DNA of 62,163 nt, filler included. It is 9 parts of 9 records of this genome, joined end to end, with 100 filler letters (N's around TTAATTAATTAA, not from the genome) between each part and the next. Parts side by side here need not be neighbours in the genome. Positions count along the whole stretch, not along the records: positions 20,162 to 30,109 come from SRR7504441_977; positions 30,210 to 46,926 come from SRR7504441_979; 7 more parts are not named here. One strand, 5' to 3'. The notes below the pieces were generated by a model, which searched no databases, was not told the DNA's origin, and worked only from the letters and a program-made list of their open reading frames with translations. Position numbers and translations under genes: made by a program. Within the stretch, counting starts at the first letter, position 1, and each line of letters begins with the position of its first letter. Below are positions 23,320 through 35,468 of this stretch, piece after piece.

Positions 23320-24186
23320 ATGGCTCTCGACAAAGCGTGGTCAGATGCGAATCGCGCGTGGCCGCACGACCTGGGCGGCCGGGCGGGGGTGCGACAGACC
23401 TGGGCGGCGCACAGTCGACTGGTACTGCACGACGAGTCCGGCGGTGGCGGCCCTCTCAGCCCGAGCACTGACCAGCGGCGGCCGGAGTTCATGGAGCTGG
23501 CCGATACCATCTCGCTCAACAAGGAGAGGGCCGACGCCATCCGCCACTCGGGCGACTTCCGCGAGGTCCAGCACGCCTACCGCCGGTGCGCCAAGATCCA
23601 CGCCCGCCGGCCCAAACCTGTCAAAGACAAGTCAGCCGAGCTGGCCGCCCGGCTCTCACGGAACAAGAAGGCAAAGCGGCGCCAGAACGACCCGCGCGGC
23701 CGGGGATGCGCCAGTCTGACAGGAATGCGCGCCAGCACGGCCGAGCCGCGCTCCCCGTACCGGGCGAGGCCGGCCGGGAGTCCGCGGCGGGTGGGGAGCA
23801 AGGGGTGGGAAGAGCAGATGTGGTTCGCCCAGGTGGCCAGCAGCAGCTACGCGGTGGGGGCCAAGGCGGCGGCCCCGCGCAGGCCGCGGCTGAGCGGACC
23901 GGTTGGGCCGGAGCTGTTCAGTGGGGAGGGCTGGCAGGAGGAATACAGCCGGCGGTACAGGGCTGTGCTGCTTGAGAGGTTAATGGCAGTGGAGCCCTCC
24001 GAGGGAGAGACGCTGCCGGCGCGGTGGCGGGAGATTCTGGAGCAGGATCACCTGGGTGCGTCCGAGCTCGAGGTGCGCGAGATTCGGAGCAGAATCGTCG
24101 AGGAGTTTGCGGCCGCGCTAGAGCTGCAGCCTTGGGCTCATGACGGGGAGCCAGCCGAGCCTGGAGCAGAACCACCCGCGGAGTAG
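23320..24186 (+). CDS. Hypothetical protein
   Basis: Open frame from ATG 23320, 58 bp from the divergent gene; may contain in-frame introns. Confidence 0.55.
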   Translation: MALDKAWSDANRAWPHDLGGRAGVRQTWAAHSRLVLHDESGGGGPLSPSTDQRRPEFMELADTISLNKERADAIRHSGDFREVQHAYRRCAKIHARRPKPVKDKSAELAARLSRNKKAKRRQNDPRGRGCASLTGMRASTAEPRSPYRARPAGSPRRVGSKGWEEQMWFAQVASSSYAVGAKAAAPRRPRLSGPVGPELFSGEGWQEEYSRRYRAVLLERLMAVEPSEGETLPARWREILEQDHLGASELEVREIRSRIVEEFAAALELQPWAHDGEPAEPGAEPPAE

Positions 24187-24310
24187 CTAGGCCGCATTAC
24201 ATGCGTTCAAATACATGTGTGTATATATATTTAATATATATTGCTGTGCATGTGTGTAGTCAGCGACGGATCAATTGATTTGAGCCGTGGTACTTGGGTG
24301 TACTTGACGT

Positions 24311-25411
24311 TCAGTCAACCCTCGTCTTGGCGCACCGATCGACCAGCGTGTGATACGCCGGGTGCAGCAGCTCCACAATCTGCTCGCGCGGCACCACTTT
24401 GAAGCTCTCTGGGCTGTTGACGTGTCGCTCAGACCGCACCAGCGCCGCTTTGCTGGCACCCTCGGGCGCAGTCCAGCCTAACCGCCGCCAAAGCCACTCG
24501 ATCTCTCCCACAGCGTCCGCCTTCCAGTTCTCAAAGTCCAGCCACCTATCCCCACTCAGAACAGCCGGGCAGGCCGCTCACAGCGTTTTGTCGTCTCCCG
24601 GCCACTCGGCGAGAGCCTTGTACGCCTTGGTAGAATAGACACTAAACACCACGCGCATCCGTTGCTCGAACAGCGCGTCCCGCGGGGCCTTGGTCAGCGC
24701 TCCGAGCAGATCCACAAACGAAGGGAACGCCCCGACCGGGTCGCGCACGCAGACGATGATGGTCGCCTGAGGGAAGTGAGTGCGGAGCAGCGCTGGATCG
24801 ACTGAGAAACTCAACGGACAACCAACGTACCGGGTCCCGAGTCGGCCCTGGTGGTGGAGCATCCGGGCCACTGAGGCCCGGACAAATTGCATGTGGCGCG
24901 GCTCGAACCGCACCGCGCTGGTGAGGTACTCCGGGCCGTCGCCGAGCGGGGGAAAGATGACCGAGCTGACCACCTCGCTGCCGAAGTGGTGGAGCAGCAG
25001 CAGGTGCTCCTCGAGCTCCTCGAACACCCCGAACTTGTGGTTTGGCACGTCCGACTGGACCACCGCCCGGAAGAAGACTCGGTTCACCATCCCAACCAGA
25101 GGACGGAACAGACTCTTGAGCAGCAGCGAGGGGAAAATCAGGTCAAACTGGGTGCCGGTGGTGACTCCGTCCAGCGATGAGAGCGCCTTGTGCACGTTGG
25201 TGGTCCCGCTCCGCTGGTGGCCGATGATGAACACCATCTTGCCCGGCTGGTCCATGGTGGCGGCCGCGTACCGCTCGAGTCCGGGAAACAGCCAGTCTTC
25301 GAGTCCCATCAGCAGCCTGTTCAGCAGCGCCAGGCACGACAGCCCACACCACAGTCCGGCCGAGAGCAGCCGCCCCCGCCGCAACAACTCGCCCAGCCCC
25401 CGAGCCCACAT
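24311..25411 (-). CDS. Sulfotransferase (P-loop, Sulfotransfer_3-like) with N-terminal TM; 1 intron (~24546-24581)
   Basis: VFIIGHQRSGTT (5'-PSB loop); FPQATIIVCVRDP..AFPSF (3'-PB). Confidence 0.85.
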
Positions 25412-25509
25412 CGCACGCGATGCGCGCCTGCAGCGATTGCACACGCTGCAACCCTGAAGTCCGTTATAATCCGCTCCGCCCCGAAAGCGCGTACGGCGCA
25501 GGACTGGTG

Positions 25510-28500
25510 ATGGCCGTGCTGTTCAACGCGGTGACCGCCGCGGGCGGGCGGTTGGCCCCGACGCCCGAGGTGCCCCGCATCGCGCGCGAGCGGCTGGCTG
25601 GTTTGGTGCGAGAGCACGGCTACCTGCTCGGCCGACAGCTGGCCCAGCTGGCCCGCCGGGTGCCGGTGGACATCCGGCCGCTGCTGGACGGCGCCATGCG
25701 CGAGCTCGAGGCTGAGCTGGACCGGGCTCAGCATATGCCAGCGCTCAGCCGGCTGGCCACCAAGCTGCACCCCTGCCTGGCCGCGCTCCCGCTGCCCGAG
25801 GCCGCCCACCCGGCTGCTGCGGCAATGTGCCCGCGCGTGGCGCTTGCCTTCTCAGGCGGCGGGTGCCGGGCGGCGGCCCAGGGGCTCGGGGCGCTGGAGG
25901 AGCTGGGCGAGGCGCTGGAGCGCGTGGATCACATCAGCTCGGTCTCGGGAGGCGGCTACGCAGCGACGAGCTGGCTAGCATGGGCCGAGAGCATAACGCA
26001 ACAGGAGGGCAGCTCGCCGGAGGTGCTGCAGCAGGCCGCTCGGAGTGTCAAGCAGGCCGCGGCCGCCAGGATGCCCTATTCGACGGTCGGGTGGATGCTG
26101 CGGGCAGTTCTGCTGCTGCTTCTCAACATGGTCTGGACGGCGAGCATGGGCTGCTTCCTTCACCAGACGTGGACAATACAGTGGCTGATCATATTCAGGG
26201 GCGTTGGGATAGGAGAGAACGCGGACATAGTGGTGTTGGTTGTGGCTACCTTCTCGTGCTCAGGCATCTGCGGCCTGTGCGTTGCAGCATTGAACGACCC
26301 TGCCAGCTTTCAAAAAATCACTCCAAAGTCACTTTTGGTGCTGCTAGTGGCCATGGGCGTCAGTGTAGGCTTATTTTACGCCGCAAATGGCATGTTGGGG
26401 ACCTCCCCCGCGCTGCTTGCCTTCCTGCTTTATGGGCCGCCGGTGCTGTGCATTTGTGTCTACTGCCTGGCCCTGAAGCTCTACTCGGAGAAAAGCACCC
26501 AGCGGACAGGGCAGGTAGTGATCACCGGTGTTATGAAGCTCTTCGGGATTGTCTGCGCCGGATTTGTACTCACGCTCCTCTACTACCTCTTGTTCCGCCT
26601 GAACCCGCATTATTCTTGGACAGTGAGCACACTCGTGTTTGGGCTGGAAATCCCGCTGCAGCTCTGCTTTGCCTTACTCATCCTGATGGCTGTTGCCACT
26701 TCTTTCGCTGTGGTTCGTCGGCAGAACACCGGCGAGGCCTTTGGCACAGCTAATAATCAAAGCTTCAACCTGCAACTGCTGGCCACGGACGCCTTATTTG
26801 CTTATGCTCGGCTTCAATTCCTCATCATTGCTATGTGGTTCTCCGGAGGCTTGTTCAAAGACTTTAGGTGTGAGCTGCCGCAGGTTGCCGGGCAGGCCGA
26901 TTGGTGCAATTGGCCACCATGTCAGAGCGCTAGCACCGCCTGTTACAGCTATGACAATGCCTATTTACGAGCGCACTTTGCGACTGACACTCAACTTTAT
27001 TATTGCGGTGCGGCGACGACCTGTGAGCTGAAACAACCCTGCTATATTTGTGATCAGTATCTCACAATACCGGAGAGCTATAATCGATGGCATAACATCT
27101 ATTTGCCGTTTGCAATGGCAATGTACGGTCTGCAGATTCTGCTGCTGCCAGTGCAAATCCGATTGCACTACGGTCTGGGCATCACTCAAGAGCAGGAGCT
27201 CGTGATGACATTTTACCCGGAGAAGACACAGCAAAGCCGGACATCACGCTTGGGGCTGCTGGGCTGGGGCTGGCTGCTGCGCATGGTTGGACTTTCGACC
27301 CTGACGGAAGATGTTGTCACCATTCGCGACCTAGCCGATTGCATGGAGGAGTCGCTCGCTATGCCTGTGCCCGTCATCAATGCAGCTCAGCATGGTGCGC
27401 TGTCTTCCTGTGCTTTGGCTAACCTTGATGTGCAGGTTTTGTGTCCTACTGTTCGCAGCCGTTACTCGGGAAGGAAACTACACGGAGTCACTGCTTGTTT
27501 GAATTCTCGCCCTGGGCATGGGGTTCCGACCGAATCGGCTACCAGAACTACCCACAGGGCGAAAGCCACCGGACAGAATTGGAGACTGGTGAACACCTGC
27601 GGCTTTCAACAGCAATGGCCATATCTGGGGCGGCCACATCGTGTGAAGTCGGCTCTTATGGGCAACAATCATCGTCAGTGCTCGGGCTGGAGAAGTTCAT
27701 CGCCTGGTTGGCGCTCGAGACAGGTCGTTGGTTCCGGTGGGGCGACCACTGTAATGCCTATACCCCGTCACTTTGGGTCCAACTATTTGGGCTATCGCTA
27801 GGGCTGGCTCAAATGGGCCTCCTATACTATAGATGTGACCAGACGGGGGTCGCTGCAGCATCGTGGACCTCACCGATGTATATGACCCTAGGCGACGGCG
27901 ACCAGAAGAAGTTTGCTGGTGGTTACGATTGTTTGGATAGAGACAAATATCCCGAAATCTACATACTGGCCGCAGTCTCGATTGCCTTTATGGGCTACCT
28001 TTTGGCTGGGATCACTTTTGGGCAACTCAACCTGCCTGGAACTAGTTGGCTGGACGGCGCAGCGTTTAATCCTTTTGTCCTCACTCTCATCAAAAGGTGC
28101 ACCTGACCCGACGCTCTCGCCTAGCTCTCGCCTGAATCCTCTGGCTTGCAGATTGAAGTTTACCCCTACAGTAAACCACAGGGAGCCCAAGTTAATCTTC
28201 CTGGCAGATGGGGGACATTACGATAATCTAGCGATATGCCCGCTGTTGCGACGGCGGGCGCGATATATCATCGCAGTTAACTCCAGTGATCAACGAAACA
28301 GTGGTGAGCTCAAGCGTAGTATGGCCCTAGCCCAAAAGGATGCCAACTGTGAGTTTATGGTTCCTGGTCGATCACAGTCCATGTCTAGGGAACTCGACAA
28401 CTTCCACCGACCAAGAGCACTTCTCGACATGGACCTGCTAATAAATAGTTCCAGCTTCATGGACCAGGAAATTACTAGCAGGAGTGGTGAAGGGTGCTCG

Positions 28501-29838
28501 CGAGTTAGCGACCCGGAGGATCCGATTAAATTGTGCCGACAGCTGCTCTTGAGGCGATTTCCTGGGGTGCGTGCGGTGGATGTTGACCCCAGGTGCACCG
28601 ACCCCACGCCATTAGTGTTTGTGAGTTTTGACGACGCTCCAGCCATGAACAATGCCATAGAAGAGCTATCGTGTGGACCTGGCTTGAACCCGCTGTCGCC
28701 GAGCCCAGTGTGCGACATGACAGCAGCCAGTCTGCTCTTAAAACTTTCTGTGACGGTGTGCAGTCAGCTTTTTGCCTCGGGGAATCGTCCAAACAGTGAG
28801 CTAGTTGGAGCCTCTGTGGGCCAAATGTTGAACAACCCGCAGATAGGCTCCTTAATTACAGAGGCCAATATTGTATCTCAAAACTCTGGCAGTGATTGGT
28901 GTTGGCTTCGATTGGATTGTGTAAGCACCATCGGAGCCGAGATTGTTCACACAGCCTGTTGGGCTGCCGGATTCAGCACACAGATGACATTGGTGGTCAC
29001 TCTGCAGTTGTCTCCGCCTAACGCGGAGCCACCGGAAGCAGGCGACTGGCCCGAGCTCGCTTCTCGGTATGCTTATGGACCAACACTTTCGTGCCAACCA
29101 CCGAGTGAACTGCGACGTGCAATCGAGTCGCTGCAGATGCAGTGCTCGGCTGTGAACTGGAACGGCGTTACTGGCTGTCTGGAGGATTCAGAGCTCAGCA
29201 TGGCGTTTCTTGCTATAGATTGCGATGCGAGCACTGACTGGGGAGAAATCAGGCAGTGCGTGGCCAACTCCGGGCTGCAGCTCCACCGAGGGATCACTTT
29301 TGATTCCACTTACAGGCACCGGCTTACGTTGGACTTGTGCTATGTGGACTCTCCTGATACTGGTGTGCTGCACGTTGTCCAAAGCGAACTGCCCCAGCAG
29401 GAACGTGCTGAGATTATGGCTGTGGGTAGCACGACAGCACGCTCGTCGAACAGAGATGGCTGCTGTCACGCACCAGGAATGCCACCAAGCGGATCCTTCC
29501 CATACCATCAAGTCTCGACAGAGGCGTATTCTCCAGCTCAGTTCGAGGCATATTCTCGCTTTTCAAGGCAAGGCGTCTCAATGTGCAAGGCAGAGTTGAC
29601 CGACCAGCCGCTGGGTGATCAAGGCAAAGTCACCATGACAGTGAGAGAGCTTTTCAGTCTTGAGAAAGGCTCCCGCAGCTTTTTCGGGTTGTTGGACGAG
29701 AGCGCCGGATTGCTGGTGTTTAGTCGAGTTGTGCATTTCCATCCGGCTTATGGCCTAGGTACAACCGACCTCGAGGCTAACCATGTAGAACTAGAGGCCT
29801 TTCACAACGTGCCGGAATCGCCTGAAACATTCGTTTAA
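25510..29838 (+). CDS. Patatin/cPLA2-like phospholipase with large multi-TM insertion; 2 introns (~27395-27435, ~28097-28151)
   Basis: VALAFSGGGCRAA, ISSVSGGGY, FEFSPWAWG, LSTAMAISGAA, FLADGGHYDNLA..LLRRRARYIIAV, FPYH. Confidence 0.85.
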
Positions 29839-30546
29839 TTAATACCGGCAGCTCGGCTTTAATTAAGATTATTACAATCAAGATCACTTCATTGCCGTCG
29901 ATGGGGTGTAGAGCTCTACGTACGTGGTATACTCCCAACATATCCCCAACACTCTTGCAGATGTCATTGCTGCGTTTGTGCCGCGCAGGCTCATCAAAGT
30001 CTCACTCTTCTAAGTCGCACAAATTTGCCGTTTTTGCACGTCGCTGCGCTTGGTGGGCGGATAGAGCGGCCACAGTAGTGGCGGCTCTCCTGCTCTGGCT
30101 GGTGGGAGCNNNNNNNNNNNNNNNNNNNNNNNNNNNNNNNNNNNNNNNNNNNNTTAATTAATTAANNNNNNNNNNNNNNNNNNNNNNNNNNNNNNNNNNN
30201 NNNNNNNNNTGGACGGCTACGAGCGATTTGCAACGGTAGATCTAGTTGGCCAACAGGACAGAATCGGTGAGACACACATCACATGGTTTAGTTCTTCTTA
30301 GCTATGCACGAATAGGTGCTCACCCGACACGCAGTAACGCAGGTGGTGCTGCTCGTGCTGCTTTGGTCGCTCTAGTGCTGCTCGAGTACCAATCCTTTTA
30401 CACGAAAAGTGCCATGTAAATGATCATAATCAATCACAAAATTCGTAAGCAAGCAACTAGGCAGATACTAGGCAGATCTGGTATGCAAGATCCTTTTCAA
30501 TTCTATTGACAAAGCTATTTAGAACGATGGCGGTCCTATCGGAGGC

Positions 30547-32190
30547 CTAGACACTGCAGCTCCGGTCGGCGGCGGCGGTGGCGGCACGGAGAGCCCGACT
30601 CTCGCGGGGGGGGGCTGGAGCAGTTGGCGGTGGGCGGCTCAGCTGCTGCGCCGCCACTGCTGCCGGCGGTAGTGGAACAGCTGCCTCTGGTGGAGCCGCT
30701 GCGGCCTTAAGCTCTGGTACTGGCACAGAGGCATTCTGGTCTACCTCGGCTAGCTTCGCCTGTAACCCGGTCAACTGGAACGGCGAGTGCCGTGGCTCCA
30801 GATTGAACACCGCGTTGAAGCACCGCTCGATGTACGGGAGCAGGCTGGCTCGGAATACCTCGCGTGCTTTGCTAAAGTGCTGCCCTCGCATGATGTGTGC
30901 CGCGGCCCCAGCCAAGGCATCCACAACCAGCCGGGCGATCGGGCCAGCCAGTGAGCGGGCGGCGCAGTGCCTCATGTCGTTGAAGCAGGTGAGCATGTAG
31001 TTGCAGAGCGCTGCCACAGGGCTGCAGCTCAACAGCTCGACCGGTGCAGCGAGTGGGTCGGACGAGGTCGAGTGCAGCTGGGGCGGGGCTGGGCCTGAGG
31101 GCGGGGCCATCTGGCCGAGCAGCTTGTTGAACTCGTCGGGCACCACTAGCATGTTCACTCGGACCATCTCGAGCATTCTGCTCTCAAAGATTGGCACGAG
31201 CAGCCCTCGGAAATCGAGCCCGACCCTCGAGAGCGAGTGCCCGCAGTGCATGTACTGGTCGAGCAGGCTGGCGATCAGGATCGAGTCGGCCACTCGGCTC
31301 AGGCCCTGCTCCAGCTCGGCGAGCATGGCGGTCGCCTTGAGCACGGCCCACTCGTGTGCCATCTGCAAGCTCTCCCTCAGCCCGGGCACCGACTCATCAG
31401 AGGCAAATATGGCGTGAAACTGATTGAGGATCTCGTACATGGAAACCCGCAGGCAGTCGGCCGTCTTGGTCAGCCGGGTGACCACGTTGGTTTCGAGCTG
31501 CAGCTCGCGGAGCTCCGACTCAAGCCACTGGTCGCGGCACTCGAGGAACTTGCGGCTCAGCTCGGCCGGGCTGAAAGCCTTGAGTCGGCGCAAGTGCGCC
31601 ACCACCCGCAGGCATATGTGCAGCTGGAGCGGGGTGCGGAGCAGGCCGAGCAGCTGCTCTACCATCGCGGAGGCCGAGGCTTCCACATCCGCGACCACCT
31701 GCTGCACCACCCTGATGTCTTTGAGGCTGCGACCCATCGAGCGGGCGAAGGCGAGCAGCTCGATCGCCTCATCGAAGTGCTGGTTCCGCACGCAGGTGTC
31801 CATCACCTGCGGTATCTCCAGCACTTCCACCAGCGTCGTATAGCAGTTGAGCGACTCGCGGTTAGTTTTGCGCTCAGCGGCCAGTTCCGTGGCCCGGGTG
31901 CCGAATTGATCGCAGGCGGAGACCAGCTCGGGCAGCGTGGCCTGCATCCCGTCCAGGCTGCGGACCATGCCCCGGGCGGACTCCCGCACGAACGAGATAG
32001 CCTCGACCGACCCGATGAACGCTTGGTAGCCGGAGGTGGCCATCGCGTGCAGCTCGTTCTCGTGGCGCACCTCCTCCAGTCGGAGCAGCTCCGGCTCCTT
32101 CTGCAACCGCTCCAGCCCCAGAGCCCCCAGCTGCTCCAGGTACTGCCCGGTGTCTAAGGGCACACCACCACCCTGAGACGGGCCCGGCAT
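30547..32190 (-). CDS. COG8: Conserved oligomeric Golgi complex subunit 8 (Dor1)
   Basis: LQKEPELL, YQAFI, LVEVLEIPQVMDTCVRN..FDEA, LQLHICLRVVAHLRR, SLSRVGLDFR. Confidence 0.92.
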   Translation of the reverse strand: MPGPSQGGGVPLDTGQYLEQLGALGLERLQKEPELLRLEEVRHENELHAMATSGYQAFIGSVEAISFVRESARGMVRSLDGMQATLPELVSACDQFGTRATELAAERKTNRESLNCYTTLVEVLEIPQVMDTCVRNQHFDEAIELLAFARSMGRSLKDIRVVQQVVADVEASASAMVEQLLGLLRTPLQLHICLRVVAHLRRLKAFSPAELSRKFLECRDQWLESELRELQLETNVVTRLTKTADCLRVSMYEILNQFHAIFASDESVPGLRESLQMAHEWAVLKATAMLAELEQGLSRVADSILIASLLDQYMHCGHSLSRVGLDFRGLLVPIFESRMLEMVRVNMLVVPDEFNKLLGQMAPPSGPAPPQLHSTSSDPLAAPVELLSCSPVAALCNYMLTCFNDMRHCAARSLAGPIARLVVDALAGAAAHIMRGQHFSKAREVFRASLLPYIERCFNAVFNLEPRHSPFQLTGLQAKLAEVDQNASVPVPELKAAAAPPEAAVPLPPAAVAAQQLSRPPPTAPAPPRESRALRAATAAADRSCSV

Positions 32191-32528
32191 CGTGCGGTGC
32201 CGTTGGCCTCGTCGCTATGTTGCAACTCTCTGATATCTATGTCAGTGGGATCGTGGGATAGCTGCTCCCGCCTCCGTACCTGGTGAATATGTCAATTGTT
32301 GTGAGTGAGCAAGTACTGTGTCTAGGTATCTACTAGATATCTAGCAGGCCTGTGGCAGATTTATACACCCAAATTAATGCAGCCTTCAAAGTGTATAGAC
32401 TCATCAATTCAATTATCAAGGTCGCTCGAGGGGCATGACCTAAGTCCTTTGTTGTACCTGTTTACTCTGCTCTTACGTCCCAATTCGCATCCTACTGAAA
32501 ACTGCTGGGTACCACTGGAAATTTGTCA

Positions 32529-33953
32529 CTAAGCTTCGAGAACAGTGACTGCCTCGTCGTCTACATTGGCCTCCAGGAGCATTTCCCTCACAGCTGCATT
32601 GAAGCCACTCGGCCCCGAAACAACAAATCGGCACGGTGCCGGCATGCGTGATATCGCCTGGGCAACCAGCTGAGGCTCTAGTCGTGAGCGCAGGACTTGA
32701 GCGTTTGGCTGGCTTTGCAGATCTTCAAGCCCTGCCTCGCAACCTTCCACATCCGCAAATGGAGGATCGCCAGGCGCTTTAGCTGTGAGCAAGAGAGTGC
32801 ACCAGCGCAGGCCCTTTATGACTTCGGAATCCGGATTGGCAGCAGCAAAGTCAGACGCCTCTCGGCAGAGCTGGCTGATCTCCGGGAGCATCAGGACATC
32901 GTCTGAGCGGCACGAGAGCACCAGGTCCACAGGCACGCGCAGCTGGTCGAGCTTCTTGGTGCAAAAGCCGAGCTTCTCCCGGGGCTCCCTGTGCTGCAGG
33001 ATCTGCGGCAGCGCCACCACACCAGTGCCAGCTAGCAGCAGCAGCACACTGGCCGGCCGGAATGCTGCTGTGCCGGCTACGAGTGTAGGAACACTGAGCG
33101 TTTGAACTGGTCTCGAAAGCCACACCTGTGCCGGCTGGCCACTGGCTTCGGCCTGCTTGAGCGTCCTGTGCAGCCACGAGGTGGCCGCACCGTCAGGATA
33201 TATCTTGATTAATATGTGCACATGCCCCCGCTCCCAGTCTAGCGCCGTGCTGATAGGCGTATAGTCTCGCTCGATATACGGCAGAGGGCCTTCGGAGTTC
33301 GGCCCAACGGTTGCGAGCAGTGTTGTATGCCAAGTCTTTCCGATTGGCAGCCGGCGCCCACCTCCGCGTGGGTTTGGCGTGTACCGCTTGCGATCCTTTG
33401 AGCGGAACTGCAATACAGCGCTGTGTCCGGACACCAGTGTCACGTTCTCAAGTGACCACTTTGTGTACATCTGGATCTCGGTAGGCAAATCGGTGCTCAG
33501 TCCTTCGCCAAACCCGGCGCTCGCCAGCAGCTCCTGCTCAACCTGCCGGAGCTGCGGGGGTGGGCTCTCCCGCTGGGCGAGCTCGTCCGTCACCGCTCTG
33601 AGGGCCGTGTTCCACTTATGCACCGAGATGGCGTGCTCGCGCACCCGCATCATTCTTACCCCTTCGAGCCGGGACTGGACTCCAGGGTCATCGAGCGGCG
33701 GCGTCTTACCGGTCGCCCGCGTCACCACCGCAGCGGACTGCGCGAGGGTGTCGATCTGGGTGTGCATCTTCTGTCCTCCGTCCGCCTCAAGCACGATGGC
33801 GTTGGGGGCCTGGTTGCAATAGCCAAGGCAACCTGCGGGCCGCACACTGCAGCCGCCGACTGCAGCAGCCAGCTCCTCGATCTCGAGCAGCACGGCCTCG
33901 GAGCCGCGCGCTCGGCAGGTCCCCGCCTGGCAAACATAGACCTCCCCGGGCAT
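32529..33953 (-). CDS. Thioredoxin-like [2Fe-2S] ferredoxin fused to cytochrome-b5-reductase-like FAD/NAD(P) domain; intronless
   Basis: VYVCQAGTCRARGS...GCLGYCNQAPN; RDYTPIS, LIKIYPDGAATSWL, LLLAGTGV, VVSGPSGF. Confidence 0.85.
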   Translation of the reverse strand: MPGEVYVCQAGTCRARGSEAVLLEIEELAAAVGGCSVRPAGCLGYCNQAPNAIVLEADGGQKMHTQIDTLAQSAAVVTRATGKTPPLDDPGVQSRLEGVRMMRVREHAISVHKWNTALRAVTDELAQRESPPPQLRQVEQELLASAGFGEGLSTDLPTEIQMYTKWSLENVTLVSGHSAVLQFRSKDRKRYTPNPRGGGRRLPIGKTWHTTLLATVGPNSEGPLPYIERDYTPISTALDWERGHVHILIKIYPDGAATSWLHRTLKQAEASGQPAQVWLSRPVQTLSVPTLVAGTAAFRPASVLLLLAGTGVVALPQILQHREPREKLGFCTKKLDQLRVPVDLVLSCRSDDVLMLPEISQLCREASDFAAANPDSEVIKGLRWCTLLLTAKAPGDPPFADVEGCEAGLEDLQSQPNAQVLRSRLEPQLVAQAISRMPAPCRFVVSGPSGFNAAVREMLLEANVDDEAVTVLEA

Positions 33954-34293
33954 CGATTGGCCACCTCCCAGTGTACACCGACACCTCTGCTCACTGACAC
34001 CTTCTCCGGTGAGACGTGCCCGCGGGCTTCTTCACGACGGAGTATTCAAGTACCAGCTACAGTATTCCCGAGCTGGCTCTGTACGTCAAAGCTTGAGCAG
34101 CTGCCCAAAAATCCAGTGAGAAGATGAATAGAGGGTTCGGCCGAGGACTGCGCCTCGACTACAATTGACCATCCATTGGATTGAGTATTTAGTATGTTTC
34201 GCTTGAACTCGTGAACCAGTTACCTCTTACAGTACAACGATCCCCGTATCATTATGCTCAAACACCTCTTAATTACGGTTCGTCGCCCCAGCT

Positions 34294-35339
34294 TCAGAAG
34301 AGCACCAGCCGGGTTAGCTGATACAGGACCGCGAGCGCGAGCACGACGAGCACGACGATCAGTACGGCGTACCGGTCCCAGTAGAGCATAGCGAGCTGCT
34401 GTAGGTAGAGCAGGTTCTGCTTCATACTCAGCTTGCTCTCGCCCGCCACCCGCTCCTGGAAGGTGATCCCGACGTCCACCACTGGGTTGCAGCGGCAGCG
34501 GGAGGCCACTTCGAGCGCGATCTTAAACCCGATTGGGTTGATCTTGCTTAGCCCTCGCTCGAGCACCTGCCCAGACTCGCGCGGCCTGCCGGGCCCGCAC
34601 CGGCTTGGAGGTGCAGAAGAAGCCGGACATCGGGTCGGTTGAGCTTGTGAGCGGCCGCGCCAGCAGCGTGGCCACGAAGCTGATCAGTCGTCGGAGCACG
34701 GACCAGTCAAACCTGCCTCGAGTAACCGCTGCCTGAGCCCGCCAGCCCACCCCAGCCCGCCGCCGCCGACGTGCCGCGAGCCGATCGAGAACTCAGCCTT
34801 GCCTTGGAGCACCTGCGCCCGAGTGAGCCTGCCGGCAGGGCGAGGTCACCGGGGCGGCTACTGCCGGGACTGACTCGGGCTCGTGCTGCAGATCGGCGTC
34901 CATGCAGAGCATCACCTGCGCCGGATCGGAGCCGCCCGCCCGCCGCCGCACCGGGTGCTCGGCCTTGGAGAAACCTAGCAGCACCGCGCTGCTCAGCCCG
35001 CGGCCCTCGCTGCCGGCCGGTCGGCCCCCTTGCAGCTGCCGGGCCGCACCCCTTGCGCCGGACGTGAATCTTGATCCCGTAGCCTTCCTTCTGCAGCGCA
35101 GCCACGATCTTCTCGGTCTGCCCCGCCGCTCGGCCCGGCCGGGCGGGGCGGGTGCCTGGGCAGTGCCGGCGCTCTCGTCGTCCATCACCAGAAGCTCGAC
35201 GGTGAGCCCCGCCGCCTGGCCGGGCTAGGCCGGCGGGCAGGGCGGGCGGCGCCTTGGTGGCTTTGAACAGCCGCTCGCACAGCGGCCGGACGTTTTCGGT
35301 CTCGTTGTAGGTCGGGACCACTACCGAGAGCGCCGACAT
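34294..35339 (-). CDS. DPM1: Dolichol-phosphate mannosyltransferase (GT2) with C-terminal TM; 7 introns
   Basis: LSVVVPTYNE, VMDDES, RGLSSAVLLGF, MDADLQH, SIGSRH, DPMSGFF, GFKIALE, GESKL. Confidence 0.9.
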
Positions 35340-35468
35340 GATGACGTATGTCCGCGCGGGAGTCCTCAGTTGCCGTTAGCCGTTAGCCGAGCCACCGGCA
35401 CGGGGGGGGGGTGTTGTGTGCGCGGGGCTCGCACGCTGCAGGCAGGCTGCTCGGCCAGCTTTTGAGGC

